In this document: one piece after another, positions 10,045-19,195 of the stretch | Layout: each line of letters starts with the position of its first letter | Numbering within the stretch: the first letter of the stretch is position 1 | Assembly (NCBI GenBank): GCA_051294375.1 | Contig: CM119265.1 | Span: 25,012,884 to 25,032,078 of the forward strand | From: Paraspadella gotoi | Lineage: Eukaryota > Animalia > Chaetognatha | Length of the DNA: 19,195 nt | Direction: 5' to 3' | Made by a program: the position numbers and the translations under genes | The notes under the pieces: model-generated | Seen by the model: the letters and a program-made list of their open reading frames with translations, nothing else | The model's database searches: none | What the model was told of the DNA's origin: nothing

Positions 10045-10457
10045 AAAGGATAGTCGCCACGGGCGCGCGCAAAATTAATAAAATTTTCACAAATGAAGAT
10101 TTTGAGCTTCCCCGCGTCAGCGGCTTTGCCAGTGACTTGACTAATTTCTTGCCAGTCGGCTTGACGCAATGCTTTGCCAGTGGCTTGAAGGGAATGCCTT
10201 TCTGTGGGTTCTATTTCATTGTCTTTTGTCTCGTCGAGGCGAAAAGGTGCTGTAAGCCTTCATTATATATTTTTCGGCTTTTTTCAAGCGTTTACAGCTA
10301 TTTCGTAGTTACGCTCATAAAGCATTTCCATTTGCAAAGCAGCTTGACGCAGCTGTTGCCCGGAGCTTTCCCGTCTCCTTCCAACTTACGTCAATAGATC
10401 CATTGTTATGGACATCAAAGTCCGATTAGGATTCGTCGACTTGACCTTCGGCGCCAT
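10045..10457 (-). CDS. Possible coding region of an unknown protein, interrupted by stops or indels (MAPKVKSTNPNRTLMSITMDLLT*...QQLRQAALQMEMLYERNYEIAV...LQATGKALRQADWQEISQVTGKAADAGKLKIFICENFINFARARGDYPFE)
   Basis: aaaATGG start context at 10457 and protein-like composition. It contains an in-frame 24-bp repeat, and LRQA is encoded twice with synonymous differences. Four in-frame stops are present in the sequence as given. Confidence 0.35.
10117..10188 (-). repeat. 24-bp tandem repeat, 3 copies (minus-strand unit about TCAAGCCACTGGCAAAGCATTGCG)
   Basis: The pattern ttgccagt...cttga ends at 10140, 10164 and 10188. Confidence 0.85.
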
Positions 10458-10481
10458 TTTGGGAGAATCCTCCAAAACAAA

Positions 10482-10668
10482 AGAAGAGAGGGAGAGAGAG
10501 AAGAGAGAGAGAGGGAGAGAGAGAGAGATAGAGAAAAAGAGGAGGAGAGAGGAGGGCGTGAGAGAGAGAGAAAGATGAGAGAGACTGAGATGAGAGAGAG
10601 AGAGAGAGAGAGAATGAGAGAGAGGAGAGAGAGAACGAGAGAGAGAGAGATGAGAGAGAAGCGGAGAG
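10482..10668 (+). repeat. Imperfect (GA)n tract
   Basis: Directly visible. Confidence 0.92.
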
Positions 10669-11611
10669 CATTTGCATCTCAGAAAGTATAGAAGTTTATT
10701 CTATAGAAGAAACATAAATACATTCTACAATATTATAATGTCCTAACGTACTAAAAGGTTCTCCAAAACGTTATATGAATTTGGTACAACCAATTATAAA
10801 TGTTAATATTTGTTAATACGCATCAATTTATTACCGCAAAGGTAATGCTATTCGATAGTAATGTATATTCAATATTACAAAACATTTATGTTGTAGTAAT
10901 AAAAAAAAAACACGATTTTAAAAAAAAAATTGTCCATTTTCCCAATCATCAATCAGTAGGCGGGTCTATTGTCTGCCATTTTTTTCAAAAACAGTCCGTT
11001 GCGCTCGGTCGGGCGTGTTGGTTCGCTCGGGCCACTCGGCCGGACTAACAGGTGGGTCTCTCGGTCGGTTATGTCAGTCTTTAGATCTGTTATTCAGTCG
11101 GTCTGTCTCTTTGTCAGTCGGATCGATCCGTCCTTTTCTTCCGCGACGGAAAAACTGGAAACCAGAAGAAGCGACGATTCAGCCGAAATTCTTTAGTAAT
11201 GATTTCTTTTTTTTTTTTTCGGATGAGGCGAGAAAAAAGGGAGTCGCTTTTCGGGATCGAGGGATGCCGAGGGCTGTGAAGGAGGGGGGGAAAATGGGGG
11301 GAGTTTAGGGTGTGAGGAATTGAGGGGGGAACAAAGTCATGAGGAGCGAAAAAATGATAAAAGGGGATAAATTGCCAAAAAAAAGCAAAAAAAAAAAACA
11401 TACAAAAAACATGTAACTTGGATGATTTAGTCGAAACGAAGCGTTAGTAGAATTAATGGTAATGGTAATTGAGTATATTAATGAAAGGAATAACGATTGC
11501 GTACGATGGAAACTGGAGATTGGGTCTGGACTCCGCAGGACGACCCGGGGGGATAATGATGAAGTATGAAGTTAGTGGCGAGGCGTGTGACATCCAATAG
11601 CGGCGTGGAGG

Positions 11612-12062
11612 ATGGCATCAAGAGTGGCACAAAGTGGGGCAGTAAGAAGTGGGCAACGAAAGTGGCATCGAAAGTCGGGAATCGTGAGTGGGAAAGATAG
11701 TTGCCAATTGAGAGGGCGCATCGAGAGTGGCATCGAGATTTGGGAAAGATTAGTGGCATTGGTAGAGTGGCATCTAGATGGGAAAGATGTGCAATGAGAT
11801 GTGACATCGAGAGTGGGAAAGAGTGTAGTGGGATAGAGAGTTGGCATCGAAGAGTGGCATCGAAAGTGGGCATCGAGATTGGGAAAGATAGTGGCATTGA
11901 GAGTGGCTCGAGAGTGTTGCATCGAAGAGTGGCATCGAGAGTGGGAAAAGATAGTGGGCATTCAGGAGTGGATCGAACGAGTGGCATCGAGAGTGGGAAC
12001 GATAGTGGGATCGAGAGTAGGCATCGCAGAAGTAGGCGACGAAAAATGGCATTCAAGATCGA
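11612..12062 (+). repeat. Minisatellite of 12-bp GAGAGTGGCATC and 24-bp GAGAGTGGGAAAGATAGTGGCATC units
   Basis: gtggcatcga and gtgggaaagat recur many times over about 450 bp with scattered indels. Confidence 0.92.
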
Positions 12063-12222
12063 AAAAGGCTTAATGACTTAAATCGAGCGATGGAAAGAAA
12101 AAAGGAGCAAGGAGGGGGGGCAATTTTAAAAGATTGATTGCCTCAATTTATGGAGGAGAATTGTGCGGGGGTGGGGAGAATGGAATGAGAGATGTGCGCA
12201 GATAAATATGGATAGATATATT

Positions 12223-12419
12223 GAGAAAGAGAGCAGAAAGAGAAGTGAATTAAAAGAGAAAAAGAAAAGAGGAGAGGAGAGAGAGAGAGAAATGAGAGGA
12301 GAAAGAGAGAGAGAGAGACGAGAGAGAGAGAGAGAGAGACGAGAGAGAGAGAGACGAGAGAGAGAGGAGATAAGAGATGAGAATGATGAGCAGAGAAGAG
12401 ATGAGAGGGAGAGAGAGAC
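12223..12419 (+). repeat. Imperfect (GA)n / polypurine tract
   Basis: Directly visible. Confidence 0.9.
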
Positions 12420-12804
12420 ATGAATGAATGATATTGTAATGAACTTACGGATAACGGCCCTATATGCGACCTATAATGACCATTTAGTTAAAAATCTATC
12501 GTTTAATAAAAAAGGAAAAAGTAAAAAAAGACAGAGGTAATACAGAGAAAGACAGAAACGAATTACAGATTATAACGAGCGGCAAGAACGTAAAAGCAGC
12601 AACGGAGAAACAAAGCGCACGGGAAAAAAAACCCGGTCTTCAAAAGGGAAAAGCTCCGCAGGCAATAAAACCGCCCTGCTCGAAAGAGCAGCCGACTGGA
12701 TAATGATTGTTTGCTGGAGGAAAAAAAAAAAGGTTGCGGCTGACGAAAAGTCAATAGTCGCCGGAAACAATTCCACGAAAACCAGACCTTTCATTTTATT
12801 TCCA

Positions 12805-12872
12805 TCTCTCCCTTTCCTTCTTGCCTCTCTCCTCTCTCTCTCTCTCTCTCCTCTCCTCTCTCTCTCTCTTCT

Positions 12873-12899
<27 letters not shown>
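12805..12899 (+). repeat. (CT)n tract
   Basis: Directly visible. Confidence 0.92.
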
Positions 12900-12904
<5 letters not shown>

Positions 12905-13072
12905 CCGGTTGCTTACCCGGTTGCCGATGGCAAACTCTTTTGAGAGGCGAACGAACAAATTAACCGGGCGTCGTCGTTTTCAAACTCGAAACAATTTTCT
13001 GAAAAATTAATTTCTGTTTTTCGCTGCATAAATTTGTTTTTTTTTTGATCGTCGGCTGTACCGTCGATTGAA

Positions 13073-13078
13073 TGAGAG

Positions 13079-13127
<49 letters not shown>

Positions 13128-13169
13128 TGAGAGGAGAGAGAGAGAGAGAGAGGGAGAGAGAGAGAGAGA
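13073..13169 (+). repeat. (GA)n tract
   Basis: Directly visible. Confidence 0.93.
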
Positions 13170-13198
13170 AAACCCGGAATCCTTTGCGTTTCATTTTG

Positions 13199-15759
13199 GT
13201 TTAAAAAAAAATATAGTATGAAGGATTAAAAGAGGCGCCGCGAAAGCAAGGTCGGTTGCCTTGTCCATCAAAAGGTTATTATGAACGGTTTACAAAGTTG
13301 TGCTTGGTGTTGTTTTTATGCTTTATCTATTACAAACGATACGATTTAAAAAAAGAACTGTTTATAGCGTTAGTAAAGGGTGTTAACATATTTTTTACTT
13401 TTTCAATTGCGCAAACGAATAAGTCGTTTCTTTCACTGTGAAGTGTGAATTTCTTCCCGTTCGACTTCATCCTTATTCTACCACGTGACTAGGGCCTCAC
13501 CCTGACCTACATTCTCTTCTCACGCCTTTTGCGTCATTCATCCAAACTTCGACCAGCACCGCCTTCACCAATATCCATCACTCCATTCATTACTTCAAAC
13601 CTTCAGCCATCCACCTGCCACTCACTTCATTTTCTCACAACTCCTCAGTCCTCACCATGCCTCCTTTTTCACTTCTTCACCCGCTTCGTTAGCGATTTCC
13701 CACTTTCCTTTGATTCTACCCAACAACATCACTCTTTTTTTCATCACAAAAAATGCCTCCAACACCCATCAATTCATTTCCATTTCAATCCATTCCCGCT
13801 CGATTCTTCCCTTTTTAATTTCTTACAAATCGTCCATCACTACTCAATCACACTTGCGACCCCAAATTACAATTTTTAAAACAGCATTTAACAGCATAAC
13901 AACACTTTAACGAGCATTTAACCAGCATTTAAAACAGCATCCTTATCGGTATTCATTAATGTTAGATTAGAATCATTGTTTGAAGAAAATATTAACGAAC
14001 CCAAGAATAATTTGCCTAATTTGAAATATTTAGTTATAACAATATAAATGGCCATTGATGGTATTGATGGTTTCTGCATAACCCTAAAAAAAGTTAAGAA
14101 TAAAAACTGTAATTTCAACTTTTTTAACAATTTTAAATGTTTTTGTCACCCTAAAAAATTATCATAACTATTAAATCATCTAATGCATGATGATGATGAA
14201 TTTTTAATTTTTTTCCAAATTTTGACCCCACATATCACCGAAAAATATGAAAAAAATTAATTATACGTTTGTGTAAACAAACTTACTTCGAATTCTGCTT
14301 TTCCGAAATAACAAAAAAAAAAATTTTAAAAAAATTTTTTTTTGGACCTTTCCTATCTACAAAACAAATGATTAAAACATTAAGGAGTATTTTAAGCATA
14401 TTTGGAAAATTTGAGTCCATCAAAGTTTTTCAGAAATGTATGAAGTTTCAATTGGGACGGTGGCCAAATTAAACTTCTGACCCACCTTCATCACTCCATC
14501 ACTCCACCACCCTTCACTCCATCCCTACCACCACACCAATCACCCCATCACCTCTATCACTCCCAAACACAAACCACCACTCCGACAGCCACGCCTTTTC
14601 CACATCCATCCACAACCACCACCCCATCAACTCCATCACTCCATCACAAGACCACCCATCACGCCCATCCTATCGCCCGGTTCACGCCGGTCTCATTTGC
14701 TGGGAGCTTTAGGGAATCAAGCGAAAATCGAAGCCACTTATATTCTTCGGTTTCCCCAAGGATCTTTAAAAACGTCACAGATGTTCTGTCGTCGTCGTGC
14801 GTCGTCGTTCGTCGGCGTCGTCTGTCAGTCATCGGCGTCGTCGTCGTCGTCGTCGGCCGGTCGGCGTCGTCGGCGTGCGTCTGGCGTCGGCGGCGTCCTT
14901 TCCCCTGCCCATCCAATATGGCTTTCGTTTTCATTCCTTACTCTTCTTTGAACATTTTAAAGGCGTTCGTCGCGTTGTTGTCGTTCGTTGTTGTTGTATA
15001 GTCTCGTTTTTCCTCGTCGTTCGTCAATAGCACGACGTTGTTATTCGTTTTTCGTTGTCGTAAGCAATGTATGTATGCATGTATGCATATTATGCATGTA
15101 TGCAAAAATTTAAATACTTTTTTCAATTTCTCTCTCTGTACGTCCAATAATGGAGCAGACCTCGAATTAATTATATACGTTCGGATTTGCACCCGGCACA
15201 ATGTTCAGGGCGTCTTGACCTGCACTGTAGGGCGTGTCGGGGTCGGAGTTCTTCGTGGGGAGTCAAACGATGCACGTGATGATCCAAGAGGAAATTGGAA
15301 AGTTTAGATCCACTGACGAGAGTTCGAATTTGTGCGTTGAAAATCCCACCCGATGGCTGTGTGGTTGGCCGTTAGCGTTGGCGTCGCCCTTCTCCGTTTG
15401 CCTCGCTTTCTGTCGTTCGCCTAAAAAAACAAAAACAGATTGTTTTTTTTTGTTTGTTGTTTCGTGATCCAACTCTCTGATAAGTGAAAGCGAGAAGATG
15501 AATTTGTTTTGAGAGAAGAGATACTCTCTCTCCCTTCTCATCGGAACTTAAGAAAAACTTTTAAAACAAAGAAAAAATAGGAAAATAAAAATAGATATAC
15601 ATCAATAGAAATTTTATGAATAAGCAGAAGAAAAAAAATGAAAAAAATGGGCGTTAATCCATACTCTCGAGAGCACTTATAATCATTCGCAGTACTATAT
15701 ATATTGTGGATTAAGCACTAAGTGGTGGCTGCACGAGTAGCTATCGCAACTTCTTTAAC
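13199..15759 (+). repeat. Long direct repeat, copy 2 (segment A), insertion-rich
   Basis: Collinear with 1-3088 once the local duplication and gap are removed, with many single-base insertions. Confidence 0.95.
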
Positions 15760-16513
15760 CTCCCACTAGCAGCCATGCGAACCGAGTCCTGGGCTGGAAC
15801 CGGCCTTCGAGTGGTTTTCCACGACACCGGCGTCACGAAACAGAAAGTGTCATGCTTAAATTAGCCATAGCCGATGAAATTTTTAAAAAAATGCCTATGG
15901 TATACAGCGTTAAAATAATCTATTCATGGACCATAGATTATTGTTATTAAAAATATTTTTTTCCAAATCATGCTTTTTTGAGAGGTACTAGACCTAATTA
16001 AAAATATATTATATTACTATTATAGAGCCAAAAAATTTTTTTAAATCTTAAAATTTTTTGTAGGATTTTCTGATAGGAGCATAAAAAGTTAAACAAGACA
16101 ATATTAAATTACTGCTTATTTAAAAATTTCTTACTTTTTTTAAGTGAAAACTATAAAAAACTGATTAAAATCAATTTAAAGATGATGCTAGTGAATTTTG
16201 ATGGATTTGTTTACGGTTTTTCCTTATTTTGACACACCTTTATCGTAAACAATACTGAAAAAAAGAATCACTACCTTGTGCATACAACTCTTTTATGATT
16301 CTAATCTGAATCTTGCGTTCTTAAAATTAAAAAAAATTCTACAAAAAAATTTTTGGCCTTTCACTATTATAAATAAATATTAAACAAAATTAAATTAACC
16401 ATTAGACGGTATAGAGGCCATATTAGAAATTTTTGTCCATTGACAAGCACTTATTTCTTAATATAAATCTGCAAATATTCGTTTTGAGCCATGTACTCGA
16501 TCTAAAGATATTC

Positions 16514-16636
16514 TTTTGAACCTCGACCCCATTTGAGGCGGGCTACCCCTAGCTTAATGCTTATAGTGGGGTGAACTTTATCTGCAATGAGCGACTACTT
16601 ATATGTATAGCACTTATATGCTATTTAGACTTATAC
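16514..16636 (+). repeat. Element C, third copy (counterpart of 7058-7175 within the long inverted repeat)
   Basis: ggctacccctagcttaatgcttatag-tggggtgaactt ... gactacttatatgtatag matches 7900-7967. Confidence 0.9.
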
Positions 16637-17429
16637 TGAGTCGCTACATACGAACTTTATGGGTTGTATATGTCTGTGCGGGGTGGGCGGGGCGGCGAAA
16701 GAAGACGAGATAGTTTTTTTTTTTAATGTTTTTTGAGATAATGACAGCTTTTTTGGTGGAAATACAAAAGTGCAGTTGTCTTACTATCTAGGAAGAAAAA
16801 GTTAGAAAAACGTCTTGTTTTTAACAAAGTTCAGTCCTTATCTTCAATAAAAAATAGGTTACAAACCATGTGGTAAAACATTTCCATATTTGGTATGCCC
16901 ATCCCGGCATCGACCACCTGCCTGCATGTTCGTCTGGCATGCTCTCGTTAAAAGCGAATTTGCACGCGTACGAACGGTGAAATGCTTTTTCCACACCCTT
17001 AGCGCAATCTTTTCAGCCCCGCATGTGTGATTGGCGCGTCTTATCTTTTTTCATCAAAGCGATCTCAATTGGATTGAGATCGGGGGAGGCCGCCAAACCA
17101 AATTAAAAAAATGATAAAAAATAACTAACTCATTTTTGAAATAGAAACAAATAACTCAATACCAAGAATTGTGGACAAACTAAAGGCGATTCTTCCTGCC
17201 ATTTTTCACTGACAGGTAGCAATCTTATTTTGCCGTTCTAACCTTCTATACGGTTGCGATCTTACTCGAAAATGGCAAGGAAGCAACTGAATAGACCTCA
17301 CTGCTAGCACTGTTAGAACTATGTCAAATCACATCCGTAGATTTGTCTTAGAAGAATCGCAGCATAGTTGTTCGAGTAGCCATATCCTCAATTAAAAATG
17401 TTCTTCTAACTTTTTTCTCCTTATAATAG

Positions 17430-17454
17430 NNNNNNNNNNNNNNNNNNNNNNNNN
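17430..17454. other. Assembly gap (25 N)
   Basis: N run whose flanks map close together at about 6325-6345 in the other copy. Confidence 0.98.
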
Positions 17455-18677
17455 GAAAATACAAGTGCAGTTTTTAATATTTTGAAATTATTTAGTTATT
17501 TTTAATAATTTAAAAGAAGTAGAGGAAGTTTCAGAAACTAACGCCTGGGTTACAAGCAAGTAGGAAGTTAGAATCTTATTAAGTTTAAAATATAAACAAA
17601 TATTTTTTCTTACCCCCGGGTGGATTTTAATGTTTTAATGTTTTAATATTGCTTTATGGTCGCCCCTCTAATGGTCAAAATGGTATATTTTATTTGGGGC
17701 ACGCCTAAATGATTAAAAAATCATTCCCCAAAGGGTAAACTGCTTCTAGGGGCAGCGCCTTCTATCGCCCCAAGGGGAAGCCTTTTTGAACGACGGTTTA
17801 TCTCGTTACAAGAAGTAACTGCAGAACAGAAGTTTTAAGTTTAAAATTGATAAATTACGGCACAAAGTGAAATTGGTGAGACCGCAAATTGGGGAAACTT
17901 TCACCGTCTCACTCTCACGAAAGGGTAAGTTAGGGTGAGTGAATGAGTGAATGAGTAAGTGTGGAGTGAGCGAAAGAGGGAAGAGAAGAGGATGGGGTGA
18001 TTAACAAGGAATAAGGACGAGATGAGATTTGGAAATGTCCCTTTAAATTAATTTCTGTTGGCGCCAAAAATTTTCAAATTGAAAACAGGAATGGAAAGAG
18101 AGAAATCGCCTGGAGGAGAGTATAAGATTGAGACAAGGACAACAACAACAACAACAACTACGATACGTTATAAGGGCTTTATCATTTACGGCATTTGGCA
18201 ATTGGCATTATAGTTCAAAATTTCCAAGATAATTTGGCAGTTATAAATTTCCAAGTTGAAGCGAGATATAAGCAAAAACTTTTCTGCCATTCTTTCATAC
18301 TTTCCGGACCCATGTCTATCTTTTTTTCTTTCTTTCTTTCTTTTTTTTCTTTATTTCTTTCTTACTTTTTTTCTTTATTTCCATGAAAAAGTAAGTAAAG
18401 TTAATTTTTTTTTCAAGACGCTTTTGATCGAACAGTAGAGGTTGAAGGCCGGAAGAAAAAGGAAAGGAACAAGGGAGGAAGAAGAGGAGGAAGAGTAGAA
18501 GGAGGAAAGAAGGAGGAAGAAAAGGAGGAAGAGGAGGAGGAAGAGTACGATCGTTGACTGGTGATCGCTGCATCCAAAACCGTCTCAATTTTTTCCTCCC
18601 CAAGGTTTTTTTTTATAAAAAAAAAGGAACGGGATCTCCCCGGGGAACGGATGGAGGAAAGGGAGGAAAGAAAAAAA

Positions 18678-18921
18678 NNNNNNNNNNNNNNNNNNNNNNN
18701 NNNNNNNNNNNNNNNNNNNNNNNNNNNNNNNNNNNNNNNNNNNNNNNNNNNNNNNNNNNNNNNNNNNNNNNNNNNNNNNNNNNNNNNNNNNNNNNNNNNN
18801 NNNNNNNNNNNNNNNNNNNNNNNNNNNNNNNNNNNNNNNNNNNNNNNNNNNNNNNNNNNNNNNNNNNNNNNNNNNNNNNNNNNNNNNNNNNNNNNNNNNN
18901 NNNNNNNNNNNNNNNNNNNNN
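18678..18921. other. Assembly gap (244 N), approximately fillable from the reverse complement of about 4830-5100
   Basis: The flanks match about 5100-5135 and 4795-4830 in inverted orientation. Confidence 0.9.
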
Positions 18922-19195
18922 NAGAGAGAGAGAGAGAGAGAGAGAGACATGCGGATAGGACACCGGCGACAAATGAAGAGAAACGATGCGAAGTTAATGA
19001 CAATTCTAAGTCAAGCGGTGTTACTCCAGGCTGCGGCTTTCCAACACGCAGCGCCGTCGTTGCTCTGGGCGGCGTCGGCCGTGGCGGCAGCGGCGGCTGC
19101 TACTGCGGGCAGCGCCGGAGCTTGTTACTCATGAATTAAAAACTTTTAAGTTATGCATGTTTAACTTTTTAAGCGTTATTTTAAAAATGATGTTT

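Larger units (their letters stand above)
15761..19195 (+). repeat. Long inverted repeat, copy 2 (reverse complement of about 4513-7876), running to the window end
   Basis: Begins tcccactagcagccat, matching the reverse complement of atggctgctaggtggg (7861-7876). Its end matches about 4513-4555. Confidence 0.93.

Noticed and set aside
9363-10078. Long SL/ER/F-rich ORFs here and at about 3400-3724, 4743-5031, 10426-10677, 12143-12423 and 12703-13194
   Set aside because: They are translations of (CT)n/(GA)n or poly-T tracts, which lack stops by composition.
229-10457. Genome-wide stop-codon reassignment inferred from in-frame TGA/TAA in several islands
   Set aside because: There is no conserved gene to anchor the inference, and indel noise plus base composition explain the pattern more simply.
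11304-11310. Telomeric repeat (tttaggg; also ttaggc near 6090)
   Set aside because: These are isolated single occurrences, not arrays.
11612-12062. CRISPR array
   Set aside because: The repeats are short, contiguous and degenerate, with no unique spacers and no cas genes nearby.
1-13198. rDNA, histone, snRNA, 5S or spliced-leader tandem unit
   Set aside because: No recognisable conserved sequence. Only 9-11 nt chance matches were seen (U6-like attggaacgat on the minus strand near 7852-7862; 5S-like cccgatctc near 6641). An Rfam cmscan would be decisive.

Overview
This looks like eukaryotic draft-assembly sequence: AT-rich, dense in microsatellites, with four N gaps. I found no recognisable gene, rRNA, tRNA, CRISPR array or transposase, and most ORFs in the supplied track are translations of simple repeats. 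The window is largely self-redundant. Segment A (1-3088) recurs in direct orientation at 13199-15759, and about 4513-7876 recurs reverse-complemented at 15761-19195. This suggests a unit of about 13.2 kb seen roughly 1.5 times, with an internal segment of about 4.8 kb (3114-7876) in opposite orientation in the first copy. The copies differ mainly by scattered 1-bp indels and two gaps are exactly 25 N, so noisy long-read gap filling or misassembly is the leading explanation; a real tandem or circular unit with an inversion is not excluded. Smaller features are a ~118-bp hairpin plus 14-mer element at the inversion junction (3 copies), a 12/24-bp minisatellite that reads as an ESGI/ESGK/DSGI peptide repeat, and several GC-richer protein-like islands between (CT)n/(GA)n tracts that I cannot assign to a family.
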